A stretch of DNA of 64,000 nucleotides from Elusimicrobiota bacterium (GCA_016194745.1 JACQBA010000013.1:320822-384821); one strand, 5' to 3'; shown: positions 8,573-17,468, counted from the first letter of the stretch. Program-made: numbers and translations. Notes: a model not told the origin generated them from the sequence alone.

Positions 8573-9405
8573 GAAACCTCCTGGTCGGAGTCGATTTTCG
8601 TGTAGATCTTGTGTTCCCTGTCGACCGTCTTGAAAATCCCATGCAGCAAGACGATCTCAGAGGCGCCCAGGATCAAGATGCCGCGAGGCGTCAGGCACCG
8701 GTGAAATCTGTGAAGGATCTGGTTCTTGGCGGGCGTTGTGAAATAGATCATCACGTTGCGGCACAAGATCAGATCGATGTGGTCGATCGGCGGGTGCGTC
8801 GCCAGGTCATGCCGCTTGAACTGGACCTTCTTCACCAGGCTGTCGGCTACCTGCACCTTGTCCCCGTGATCGCGGAGATACTTGGACCGGTAGTGGGCGG
8901 GCACCGCGGACATGGCCGCCTTCGGATAGAGGCCGGGCCGCGCGGCCTTCAGTTGCTCCTCGTTGAAATCGGTCGCCAGGATCTGGTACTTGAGACCGAG
9001 GGACGCGCGCTGCGTTACGTAGGAATCGACCACCATCGCGACCGTGTAGGGCTCCTGGCCGGTGGCGCATCCGGCGCTCCAGATCACCATGGGGCGGATC
9101 TGGGTTCCCGAGCGGGACCAGAGCCCGTCGAAGATAGGATTGAGCGTCTTCTCGGACAGCTCGTTGTCGCGAAAGAACCCGGTGACGTTGATCGTCAGGG
9201 AATCGATGAGCTTCTGGTATTCCACGGGCGTCTTTGCCAGCAGCCCCATGTAATCCTTGAACGTCCCGATCTGGTTGTGGCCCATCCGCGCCAAAAGCCG
9301 GCGCTCCAAGAACGCGTCGCTGTATTGGGACAGGTCGAGGCCCCGAGTATCGACGAGATGGCGTTTCAGCTTCTCCAAGTCCTCGGGTGCCAATAACGTC
9401 GCCAT
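8569..9405 (-). CDS. cheR: Chemotaxis protein methyltransferase CheR
   Basis: The CheR N-terminal helix domain is followed by a SAM-dependent methyltransferase domain (VTGFFRDNE, IWSAGCATGQEPYTVAM). Confidence 0.9.
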   Translation of the reverse strand: MATLLAPEDLEKLKRHLVDTRGLDLSQYSDAFLERRLLARMGHNQIGTFKDYMGLLAKTPVEYQKLIDSLTINVTGFFRDNELSEKTLNPIFDGLWSRSGTQIRPMVIWSAGCATGQEPYTVAMVVDSYVTQRASLGLKYQILATDFNEEQLKAARPGLYPKAAMSAVPAHYRSKYLRDHGDKVQVADSLVKKVQFKRHDLATHPPIDHIDLILCRNVMIYFTTPAKNQILHRFHRCLTPRGILILGASEIVLLHGIFKTVDREHKIYTKIDSDQEVS

Positions 9406-9415
9406 TGGATTGAGG

Positions 9416-9913
9416 TCAGCCAGCGGCTTTCTCCATGCTCTCCAGTAGCTTGCGCTCGATGTCGTTGAGCATCTTCGTCAAATCGATTAGGACCACCAGC
9501 CGGTCCTCCATCTTGCCGACGCCGTAGAGGAACTCGGCGTCCATCCGGGGAAGGGTCGACGGGACGGGGTCCACGGAATCGGACATGAAGCGCACGACGC
9601 CGCTGACCTCGTCCACGATCAAGCCGATGAGCTGCTCGCCCAAGAAGGAGACGATTACGCGCTGATTCGCTTCCTCGACCTTCCCTCCGGCCGTGATCTC
9701 GAAGCGCTCCTTGAGGTCGAGCAGCGGGACGATCTTTCCGCGGAGATTGAACACGCCCTTGATGAACTTCGGCATCCGCGGGACGTGGGTGACGCTGGAA
9801 TAGCGCGAGATCTCCTGCACCTGCGTGGCCGGCACCCCGTATTCCTCTATGCCGAGCTTGAAGATCACCCACTGCGAAGCCTGCACCGCCGTCTTCGGGC
9901 TCTTCTGATCCAT
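9416..9913 (-). CDS. cheW: Chemotaxis coupling protein CheW
   Basis: ~165-aa CheW-like domain (WVIFKLGIEEYGVPATQVQEI...FIKGVFNLRGKIVPLLDL). The ORF-track N-terminus (Arg/His-rich) was rejected; the start was set at the ATG at 9913. Confidence 0.85.
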   Translation of the reverse strand: MDQKSPKTAVQASQWVIFKLGIEEYGVPATQVQEISRYSSVTHVPRMPKFIKGVFNLRGKIVPLLDLKERFEITAGGKVEEANQRVIVSFLGEQLIGLIVDEVSGVVRFMSDSVDPVPSTLPRMDAEFLYGVGKMEDRLVVLIDLTKMLNDIERKLLESMEKAAG

Positions 9914-9915
9914 GC

Positions 9916-10329
9916 CTACCCCCTCGGCGGCAGAGCGATGAATTCCCGCAGTTTGGACTCGAGCCGATCCATGTGCAGCGGCTTGACCAAGTACCCGTTG
10001 GCGCCGCTTTCCCTGGCCTTGTCGACGTCCTTCACGCGGTCCGTGCCGGTGAGCATGATGACCGGGATCGTCCGCGTGTTTTCCCGCTGACGGAGAGCAA
10101 GCGTGGTGGCGAAGCCGTCCATCTGCGGCATCATCGCGTCGACGAGAATGAGATCCGGCTTCTGCTCCTCCGCCAGCTTCACGCACTCTTCGCCGCTGAG
10201 GGCCGTGAGCGAGTCGCACCCCAGCTGGAAAAGCATCGCCTTCGTGGTCTCGATGATCAGCGGCGAGTCGTCGACGTGCAGTACGAGAGGCTTTGTACGC
10301 TTCAATCCCAGCATCGATGCGAAGCCCAT
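9916..10329 (-). CDS. Single-domain response regulator receiver (CheY-like)
   Basis: REC domain only (LVLHVDDSPLIIE...DLILVDAMMPQMDGF...VIMLTG...K). Confidence 0.8.
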   Translation of the reverse strand: MGFASMLGLKRTKPLVLHVDDSPLIIETTKAMLFQLGCDSLTALSGEECVKLAEEQKPDLILVDAMMPQMDGFATTLALRQRENTRTIPVIMLTGTDRVKDVDKARESGANGYLVKPLHMDRLESKLREFIALPPRG

Positions 10330-10335
10330 GGTAGT

Positions 10336-11049
10336 TTACCCCACTTGCAGGATAACGGACACGCCCCCCTTCTTTTCATTGGAAATCGAAAGCGAACCGC
10401 CGTGTTCCATCGCGATCTTCCGGGCCCAGCTCAAGCCGAGGCCGCGCCTGCCCTGCTTGTTCGTGAAGAACGGCTGGACCGCGGACTCGAGTATCTCCGC
10501 CGACATAGGGTCTCCGGTATTATGGATCTCGATCGCCGCCTGAGAACCAGCTCCGGTCAGCGACACCGTGACGACGCCCCCCTTGCCGGCCAGAGCGTCG
10601 ACGCAGTTGTCGAGGATCTCCTTGATCGCGCGCGCGAAGAGTTCCTTGTCCATCTGCAGCGTCTTCGGGAAACCGGGGACGATCTTCCATTCGATCTTGA
10701 CCTTGGAGTCAGAACAGATAGGGTGCTGTCCCACGTGCTCCTTGAGCCACGGCTCCACGTCGATGTCCGTGGGTTCCAGGGACAAGGACTGCAGAAGATA
10801 GGATGCTTCTTCTATGTCCTTTAGCGCCTTCTCGGAAGCGTGCCGAAACTGGCCGATCATCTTCGGCGTCATGGTCGACGTGGTCTTGGGCATCATCTCC
10901 AAGCACTCGAAGAATCCGACCACCGCCCCAAGATTATTCCGCAAATTGTGAATAAAATAGCTCCAATCGAATTGGGGCGGCGGGTACGCTCGATTCGCAG
11001 TTTGGGTGCTCACGGGCAAGATTATAGCCTTGAAACGTATATAAATCAA
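10336..11049 (-). CDS. Soluble sensor histidine kinase (HisKA + HATPase_c, no TM or sensor domain detected)
   Basis: H-box FIHNLRNNLGAV. The ATPase core has N-box EILDNCVDA, HNTGDPM and G-box GLGLSWARKIAMEHGG. The N-terminus is translated from an AT-rich region, so the start is uncertain. Confidence 0.7.
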   Translation of the reverse strand: MIYIRFKAIILPVSTQTANRAYPPPQFDWSYFIHNLRNNLGAVVGFFECLEMMPKTTSTMTPKMIGQFRHASEKALKDIEEASYLLQSLSLEPTDIDVEPWLKEHVGQHPICSDSKVKIEWKIVPGFPKTLQMDKELFARAIKEILDNCVDALAGKGGVVTVSLTGAGSQAAIEIHNTGDPMSAEILESAVQPFFTNKQGRRGLGLSWARKIAMEHGGSLSISNEKKGGVSVILQVG

Positions 11050-11095
11050 TGCGGGAAAATTTGACCCGATTAGCCCTAAAGAGCTATGTATAAAT

Positions 11096-12151
11096 ATGGC
11101 CGGTCCGGTCCGAGTTTGGAACCCGCCGAACCCCTACCTTACCGAGCAGCGCGAGCTCCTCGGCGAGCCTCCCGCGACCGAGCTCGAAGTCTACGAGGAC
11201 AGCTCCCGCTCGGCGCTGACGAGCAACGACAGCCCGGACGTCGGCTTCCATTGGAGCGTCAATCCGTACCGCGGCTGCTTCCACGCCTGCGCCTACTGCT
11301 ACGCCCGCCCGACGCACGAATACCTCGGGCTGGGCGCGGGGACGGACTTCGACAGGAAGATATTCGTCAAGAAGAACGCGCCCGCCCTGCTGGAACAGGC
11401 CTTCCGCAAGCGCTCGTGGAAAGGCGAACTTGTAGCGTTCTCCGGCGTCACGGACTGCTACCAGCCGCTGGAAGCCGGCTACCGCCTGACTCGTAGCTGC
11501 CTGACGGTCTGCCTCAGCTACCGCAACCCCGCCGCGGTCATCACCAAATCGGCTCTCGTCCGGAGGGACGTCGACGTCCTGGCGGCCTTGGCGAAGGAAG
11601 CGTTCGCCCGCGTCCTGTTCAGCATTCCATTCATCGACGAGGACGCCGCCCGACTGATCGAGCCCGGCGCGGCGAGCATCCGTAAACGGTTCGAGACCAT
11701 GGAGATCCTCGCCAAGGCCGGAATCCCGGTCGGGATCGGCATCGCGCCGGTGATCCCCGGACTCAACGACTCGAGCATCCCGGCGCTGCTCAAGGAGGCC
11801 CGAAGCCGAGGGGCGACGACGGCGTTTCACCAGCTTCTCCGATTGCCCGGAAGCGTGCAGGAGGTGTTTCTCCACCGCGTCCGCGAGGCGATGCCCATGC
11901 GCGCGGGCAAGATCGAGCGGCAGATCCGGGCCGCGCGGGGCGGCGGTCTCAACGAAAGCCGATTCGGGCTTCGGCATCAGGGCAAGGGCAAGATCTGGGA
12001 CGCAATGGAGCAGACATGGAATCTTTGGACGAGGAAGCTGGGCTTCAATGAAGATCGCGCGGCGCCGGCCGACACGTTCCGCCGGCCGCCGGAAGCCGAC
12101 GCGGGACCGCAGATGGAGCTTTTCGCGCTCGACCCCAAGGAGTCCCGCTGA
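11096..12151 (+). CDS. Radical SAM protein, spore-photoproduct-lyase (SplB)-like DNA repair enzyme
   Basis: CFHACAYCY is a CX3CX2C radical-SAM cluster motif. Length and layout are typical of the SplB/DNA-repair-photolyase family. Confidence 0.7.
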   Translation: MAGPVRVWNPPNPYLTEQRELLGEPPATELEVYEDSSRSALTSNDSPDVGFHWSVNPYRGCFHACAYCYARPTHEYLGLGAGTDFDRKIFVKKNAPALLEQAFRKRSWKGELVAFSGVTDCYQPLEAGYRLTRSCLTVCLSYRNPAAVITKSALVRRDVDVLAALAKEAFARVLFSIPFIDEDAARLIEPGAASIRKRFETMEILAKAGIPVGIGIAPVIPGLNDSSIPALLKEARSRGATTAFHQLLRLPGSVQEVFLHRVREAMPMRAGKIERQIRAARGGGLNESRFGLRHQGKGKIWDAMEQTWNLWTRKLGFNEDRAAPADTFRRPPEADAGPQMELFALDPKESR

Positions 12152-12235
12152 GGCGCTTGCGTTTCCTTCCGTCGCGGACTTTCTGCTATGATGGCGTTGC
12201 CGAGGAACAATTCACGCATCAAAGGAACCTTCACC

Positions 12236-12907
12236 ATGAAGACGATCGCCTGCCTCATCGTGCTCGCACTCGGGCCTGCCGCGTACGCCAACGACTCCGG
12301 CGCGCCGCCCCAGACCGACGAGCAAAAGACACTCTACACGCTCGGCGTGATCCTGGGCCAAAACCTCTCGCAATTCGCCCTCACTCCGGCGGAGGTTCCC
12401 TACGTCGTGGCGGGCCTGCGCGATCAGGTCAAGGGCGTCAAGCCGGGCTTCGACCTGCAGACCTACAGCCCGAAGATCGAGCAGCTGCGCACGGAGCGCG
12501 CCAAGACGCGCGCCGCCGCCGAGAAAAAGAAGGGCTCCGCGTTCCTCGAGAAGATGGCGGCCGAGAAAGGCGCCAAGAAGCTCCCGTCAGGCGTCGTGAT
12601 GCTGACCTTGAAGGACGGGACGGGCGCCAGCCCCAAGGCGACGGACACGGTCCGTGTCCATTACGAGGGCACGTTCCTCGACGGCAAGACGTTCGACAGC
12701 TCCATACAGCGCGGCCAGCCGGCGGAGTTCCCGCTCAACGGCGTCATCAAGTGCTGGACGGAAGCGGTCCAGAAAATGAAGGTCGGCGGCAAGGCGAAGC
12801 TCGGCTGCCCCTCCGACCAAGCCTACGGCGACGAGGGACGACCCGGCATCCCGAGCGGCTCGACGCTCATCTTCCAAGTAGAGCTTCTCGACATCCTTAA
12901 GACCTGA
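12236..12907 (+). CDS. fkpA: Periplasmic FKBP-type peptidyl-prolyl cis-trans isomerase (FkpA/FklB-like)
   Basis: Signal peptide MKTIACLIVLALGPAAYA. The FKBP domain reads VRVHYEGTFLDGKTFDSS...AEFPLNGVIKCWTEAVQKMKVGGKAKL...PGIPSGSTLIFQVELL. Confidence 0.85.
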   Translation: MKTIACLIVLALGPAAYANDSGAPPQTDEQKTLYTLGVILGQNLSQFALTPAEVPYVVAGLRDQVKGVKPGFDLQTYSPKIEQLRTERAKTRAAAEKKKGSAFLEKMAAEKGAKKLPSGVVMLTLKDGTGASPKATDTVRVHYEGTFLDGKTFDSSIQRGQPAEFPLNGVIKCWTEAVQKMKVGGKAKLGCPSDQAYGDEGRPGIPSGSTLIFQVELLDILKT

Positions 12908-13959
12908 TGCGGTTCGCCGTCCTGCTGGCGGGCAGCCTCCTCACCGGGACCGTCTACGCGTCTCGCCCGTTGACTCCGCCCGCGCCCGAGTTCCCGAAGG
13001 GGCTGGCGTGGCTCAATTCCGAGGAGCTGTCGCTGCAGCGGCTGCGCGGACGCCGCGTCACGCTGGTCGCGTTCCTCAACGTCAATTCCCTCAACTCGAT
13101 CCGGACGTTCCCGGTCCTGAAGGCTTGGTGGGACCGCTACTCCCTGGACGGCCTCATGGTGATCGGGGTCCATACGCCCGAGTTCGAGGTCGGACGCGAT
13201 CCGATCTACGTCCGCAACGCCCTCAAGCGTTCGGGAATCCGCTTCCCGGTCACGCTGGACAACGATCGGAAGCTCTGGAAAGCCTATCAGAACGAGGGTT
13301 GGCCCGTGTTCTACCTCGTCGATCATCGCGGCCTGATCGTGCACGACCATCTGGGCGAGGGCAGCTATCGGGAGTTCGAGCGGGAGATCCTCAAGGCGCT
13401 CAAGCAATTGAACGGCTTCAAACCGCCCGAGTCCCAGAAGCTCGTCCCGGACCCGAAGACCGCCGACTGCGGGCTGGCGACCGCGATGGTGCCCGTCGGG
13501 CTGCAGAAAGGGGGGCAGAAGAGCCTCGAGGGAGTGCGCGAGCTTCGGCATATCCTGTCGTCCCTGCGCGACGGCGAAGTGTCCTACAAGGGGCGATGGA
13601 TCGTCGAACCGCAGGCGCTTCGCAACGACCGCGACAATCCGGGGTTCACGGACTTCATCCGGCTGATCTACCGCGGCGCGGAGTCCGCGGCGATCCTCGG
13701 GACGGCGACGGGCCGGCCGACCAAAGTCTACGTCAAGCAGAACGATCTTTGGCTGCACAGCAAGAACGCCGGACAGGACGTCCAGTGGGACGAGGACGAC
13801 CGCAGCTACGTCGCCGTGTCCGAACCGCGAATTTACTACCTTTCGAAAAACACCGATGACAACATGCAGGAGATCTACCTGTATCCCGCGGACGCCGGCG
13901 TGAAGGTGTCCGGATTCGACTTCTCGAACGCCTGCCAACTGAAGTACGAGCTCAAATAA
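12907..13959 (+). CDS. Secreted thioredoxin-fold (redoxin/TlpA-like) protein lacking the CxxC motif, with C-terminal extension
   Basis: Signal peptide present. The redoxin-like segment GRRVTLVAFLNVNSLNSIRT...GLMVIGVHTPEF has N-V-N-S where TlpA/ResA proteins carry W-C-x-x-C. Confidence 0.5.
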   Translation: MRFAVLLAGSLLTGTVYASRPLTPPAPEFPKGLAWLNSEELSLQRLRGRRVTLVAFLNVNSLNSIRTFPVLKAWWDRYSLDGLMVIGVHTPEFEVGRDPIYVRNALKRSGIRFPVTLDNDRKLWKAYQNEGWPVFYLVDHRGLIVHDHLGEGSYREFEREILKALKQLNGFKPPESQKLVPDPKTADCGLATAMVPVGLQKGGQKSLEGVRELRHILSSLRDGEVSYKGRWIVEPQALRNDRDNPGFTDFIRLIYRGAESAAILGTATGRPTKVYVKQNDLWLHSKNAGQDVQWDEDDRSYVAVSEPRIYYLSKNTDDNMQEIYLYPADAGVKVSGFDFSNACQLKYELK

Positions 13960-15089
13960 TGTCCGGCCGCGAAGGCGCATCCGACCGCCCCGTCCAGTTC
14001 AACCGGCAACGGCTCATCCAGTACTTCTTCTTCGGGGTCTTCCTGCTGCTGATCTACCAGGCCGTGCTCATGCTCTCCCCCTTCTTCGTGGCCATCTTGG
14101 GCTCTGCGATCCTCGCGATGATCGCCTATCCGCTCCACGCGCGCATCTCCAAGAAGCTGCCGCGCTATCCCAGCGTCGCCGCGGGGATCACGACCTCGCT
14201 CGCGGCGCTCACGATCGTGCTTCCCCTGCTTCTCTTCGGCTGGGTCTTCCTCAAGGAAGCGCCCAAGGTGTATCCGGCGGCCAAAACCTGGATGGACAAT
14301 CTCGAGCAGCTTCGCTCGGACCCCTCGAACTTCAAAGTTCCCGACCAGATCAAGGCCACGTGGGAAGGCGTCTCGAGCTTCATGCGCTTCTGGAAGATCG
14401 ACATCGAGGACATCTTCCTCAAGAACTTGGACGAGCTGAGCGAGAACATGTCGCATTTCGCCACTCTCCTGATTCGCAACATGGCCTTCGTCGGATTCAA
14501 TCTCATCGTACTCGTGTTCACGCTGTTCTTCTTCCTGCGTGACGGGCCGCACATCATCCGCCGCATCGTCGATCTCGTCCCGATGGCGGCGGACCACAAG
14601 CGCGTCATCCTCGAACGCATCCAAGACACTCTCTTCGCGGTCATCCGAGGCGTGCTGGTCGTCGCCCTGGTCCAGGGGTTCTTGACCGGCGTGGGCTTCG
14701 CCATGTTCGGAGTGCCGTTCCCCGTGCTTCTCGGGACCCTGGCGACGATGCTTTCCCCCATCCCGATCCTCGGCGCGGCCGGCGTCTGGCTGCCGGTGGC
14801 CGTCTGTCTGGCCCTGTCGGGCTCCGTCATGCAGGCGGTCTACGTCTCGCTCTGGTGCATGGTCATTGTCCACACGATCGACAACATCCTGCGGCCGCTG
14901 CTCATCGGCACCCACGCGAAAATCCCGATCCTGCTCTTGTTCTTTGGGCTCCTCGGCGGGATGAAGGTCTACGGCTTCCTCGGCGTACTCCTCGGCCCCG
15001 TCGTCATCGCGCTGCTCCTCGCCTTCATCAGCATCTACCAAGAGGAGTATCGCTGGCTGCTGCAGAGGCGCGAGACGGCGTCCGAATGA
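13959..15089 (+). CDS. AI-2E family transporter (PerM/YhhT-like permease)
   Basis: ~8 TM segments and family-typical layout (FFFGVFLLLIYQAVLMLSPFFVAILGSAILAMIAYPL...PILGAAGVWLPVAV). Confidence 0.8.
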   Translation: MSGREGASDRPVQFNRQRLIQYFFFGVFLLLIYQAVLMLSPFFVAILGSAILAMIAYPLHARISKKLPRYPSVAAGITTSLAALTIVLPLLLFGWVFLKEAPKVYPAAKTWMDNLEQLRSDPSNFKVPDQIKATWEGVSSFMRFWKIDIEDIFLKNLDELSENMSHFATLLIRNMAFVGFNLIVLVFTLFFFLRDGPHIIRRIVDLVPMAADHKRVILERIQDTLFAVIRGVLVVALVQGFLTGVGFAMFGVPFPVLLGTLATMLSPIPILGAAGVWLPVAVCLALSGSVMQAVYVSLWCMVIVHTIDNILRPLLIGTHAKIPILLLFFGLLGGMKVYGFLGVLLGPVVIALLLAFISIYQEEYRWLLQRRETASE

Positions 15090-15697
15090 GACGGCTGATA
15101 GCCGCCGCCGCCCTCGGCGCCGCCGCGTGCGCCTCGACGCCGAGGACCGTGGACGAGCCGCTGGTGGACGTGAGAACGGTCGCGAGCGGCGTTCGCGTCG
15201 ACATGCCCTACGCGACGGTCAACAACTTCACGCATCAAGTCCTGTATCCGGAGAGCCGCTGTTTGCTTCGGCAGTCGGTGGCCAAGCGCCTCGCGCTCGT
15301 GCAGGCCGATCTCGCCGCACGAGGACTGGGGCTCCTCGCGTGGGACTGCTACCGCCCGCTGTCCATCCAGCGCAAGCTCTGGGAGATCGTGCCCGATCCC
15401 AATTACGTGGCCGACCCGAAAAAAGGCTCGCGTCACAACCGCGGGGCCGCGGTGGACGTGACCTTGATCGACCGCGCCGGCGCCAGGCTCGAGATGCCGA
15501 CGGACTACGACGACTTTTCTCCGAAAGCGGCGCGGGACAGCCCCGCCTCCCCCGTCGCGACGGAGAACCGTCGACTGCTGAGCGAAACCATGGCCAAGCA
15601 CGGCTTCGAGGGGCTCAAGTCGGAATGGTGGCATTTCGACGCGAAGGGCTGGACCGTCTATCCTCTCGAGGACGTTCCGCTCTCCGCCGCCCGCTGA
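15086..15697 (+). CDS. ddpX: D-alanyl-D-alanine dipeptidase, M15D VanX/DdpX-like (lipoprotein signal)
   Basis: VanX-family motifs SRHNRGAAVDVTL and EWWHFD. N-terminal MRRLIAAAALGAAAC is a lipobox. Its ATG overlaps the stop of the AI-2E gene. Confidence 0.8.
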   Translation: MRRLIAAAALGAAACASTPRTVDEPLVDVRTVASGVRVDMPYATVNNFTHQVLYPESRCLLRQSVAKRLALVQADLAARGLGLLAWDCYRPLSIQRKLWEIVPDPNYVADPKKGSRHNRGAAVDVTLIDRAGARLEMPTDYDDFSPKAARDSPASPVATENRRLLSETMAKHGFEGLKSEWWHFDAKGWTVYPLEDVPLSAAR

Positions 15698-15700
15698 CCG

Positions 15701-16798
15701 ATGCCGCCGCGCCGACCGAAGCCGACCGTCCTCGTCCGCCTCCGCGCGAAAACGCTCGATGTCCCGCTGTCCGAGCCTTTCTCCATCGCTACGGCGACCC
15801 GCACCGAGGCGTCCAACGTTCTGGTCGAGGCGGTCCTCGCGGACGGCTCCCGGGGATTCGGCGAGTGCGCTCCGCTCTCCGGCTTCACCACGGAGACGCA
15901 GGCCTCCGCTCTCAAGTCCGCGCGCGGCGCGGCTGAATTTCTAGAAGGCCAGGACGCGGCAGCCTGGGAGCGCGTGTGCAGCATCGTCGAGGAGCGGCTG
16001 TCCGACCACCCGAGCGTGCGGGCCGGGATCGAGATGGCCGTATTGGACGCGTGGGCGCGCAGCCGGGGCATCCCCTTGTGGCGGTTTTTCGGCGGCGCGG
16101 AGTCGTCGGTGCGAACGGACGTGACCGTGACGATCGTGCCGCCCGACGCGGCCGCCCGCGCGGCGCGGCGCATCCTCGCCCTCGGCATCTCCACGATCAA
16201 GATCAAGGTCGGAAAGGACATGGACGAGGACGTCCGCCGGGTGGTGGCCGTGGCGGAGGAAGCGCCGAATGCGGACCTGATCGTCGACGCGAATCAGGGC
16301 TACGACGCCGCCCTCGCGCTGCGCTTTTTAGGCGAGCTCAAGCGCGCCGGGATCACGCCCGCGCTCTACGAGCAGCCCGTGCCGCGCGACGACTGGGACG
16401 GCATGGCCAAGGTCTCGCGCGACGGCAAGGTCCCGGTGGCGGCCGATGAGACCGTCTCCGGGCGCGCCGACGCCCTCCGAATGGCCAAGACCAAGGCCGC
16501 GGCGGTGGTCAACATCAAGTTCATGAAGTGCGGAATCCGAGAGGCGTGGGACATCGCCAGGATCTCGCGCGGGGCCGGCCTCAAGCTCATGATGGGCGGC
16601 ATGATCGAATCGCGGCTGTCGATGACCTGCGCGGCCCACTTCGCGGCCGGCATCGGCGCCTTCTCCTTCGTGGACCTGGACACGCCGCTCTGGTTCTCCC
16701 GCGACCCGATGCAGGGAGTGAGCATGGGAAGCGGCGGGCTCTACGACCTCTCCTCCGTCCGCGCGGGCATCGGCGTCGCCCCGAAGCGCGCGTCCTAA
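15701..16798 (+). CDS. Dipeptide (L-Ala-D/L-Glu) epimerase, enolase superfamily (MR/MLE family)
   Basis: MR/MLE-type N-terminal capping domain plus TIM barrel with KIKVGKD, IVDANQGYD and AADET metal ligands. Confidence 0.8.
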   Translation: MPPRRPKPTVLVRLRAKTLDVPLSEPFSIATATRTEASNVLVEAVLADGSRGFGECAPLSGFTTETQASALKSARGAAEFLEGQDAAAWERVCSIVEERLSDHPSVRAGIEMAVLDAWARSRGIPLWRFFGGAESSVRTDVTVTIVPPDAAARAARRILALGISTIKIKVGKDMDEDVRRVVAVAEEAPNADLIVDANQGYDAALALRFLGELKRAGITPALYEQPVPRDDWDGMAKVSRDGKVPVAADETVSGRADALRMAKTKAAAVVNIKFMKCGIREAWDIARISRGAGLKLMMGGMIESRLSMTCAAHFAAGIGAFSFVDLDTPLWFSRDPMQGVSMGSGGLYDLSSVRAGIGVAPKRAS

Positions 16799-16925
16799 GC
16801 GCCGGACACCCTTGTTAACTTGCGCTGAATACGGCGTTGCGTCAAGTTCTTAGGCCCTTGGACCCAATAGGCCCGCCTCCCGAGGGTCCTTGTCCATTCC
16901 CGTCGAGCGGTTCTATACTTGCCGT

Positions 16926-17405
16926 ATGACCCGCTACCCCTCGGTCCCGACGCTTCTAGCCTTGGCCTGCGCCCTCGCCGCCCCGGCCCTCGCCCTCGAA
17001 AGCAGCAATTGCTTCGATCGGTCCGCAGGCCGCTCCGACTGCTTCGACGCGGCGCCCGTCCGCGTCGCGATGGCGGATTTCTCAGCCCGCACGAGCCAGG
17101 CGTCCGCGGCAGCCGCCCCGACGCGCTCCTCGATCGCTGCCGCGCCCGCGGCCCCGTCCGCGCCCAGCTCTCCCTCCGCCGCCGAGGAACCGAAGGAAAA
17201 GGGCTTCCTACAGCGGTTCACCGAAGGCCCCTGGACCCAGCCGGCCATCGGCGGCGTCATCGGCGGCCTCATCATCGGCGGCATCTATTGGGCGACGGTC
17301 GGCGGCTTCGCGCTGACGACGGCGGCTCTCCTGCCGGCACTCGGATGGGCCGTGGGCGCCGCGATCGTCCTGACTCTGCTGTTCAAGTACTTCCAAGGCA
17401 AGTAG
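16926..17405 (+). CDS. Hypothetical secreted protein with Ala/Ser/Pro-rich linker and C-terminal Gly-zipper TM region
   Basis: Signal peptide MTRYPSVPTLLALACALAAPALA. The C-terminal hydrophobic segment is AIGGVIGGLIIGGIYWATVGG. A promoter-like TTGTCC-18-TATACT lies immediately upstream. Confidence 0.5.
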   Translation: MTRYPSVPTLLALACALAAPALALESSNCFDRSAGRSDCFDAAPVRVAMADFSARTSQASAAAAPTRSSIAAAPAAPSAPSSPSAAEEPKEKGFLQRFTEGPWTQPAIGGVIGGLIIGGIYWATVGGFALTTAALLPALGWAVGAAIVLTLLFKYFQGK

Positions 17406-17428
17406 CCGGCCGACCCGCTTCCTCTATA

Positions 17429-17458
17429 TAGCCTCCCGCGCGGGAGGCTATTTGCTTG
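17429..17458 (+). terminator. Rho-independent terminator (perfect 11-bp stem tagcctcccgcg/cgggaggcta + tttgcttg)
   Basis: Inverted repeat TAGCCTCCCGCGCGGGAGGCTA followed by a T-rich tract, directly after the stop of the 16926-17405 gene. Confidence 0.75.
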
Positions 17459-17468
17459 CACCCCCCCA

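Noticed and set aside
8807-9070. Short ORFs (60-100 aa) scattered throughout in alternative frames
   Set aside because: They overlap well-supported genes, have Arg/Pro-rich composition and lack start-context or coupling signals.
11084-11977. 297-aa minus-strand ORF antisense to the radical SAM gene
   Set aside because: Shadow frame. The plus frame has the CX3CX2C radical-SAM motif.
12823-15041. Two long minus-strand ORFs (385 aa and 388 aa) antisense to the redoxin-like and AI-2E transporter genes
   Set aside because: Extreme Arg/Asp/Glu/His composition. The plus-strand genes have a coherent signal peptide and TM topology.
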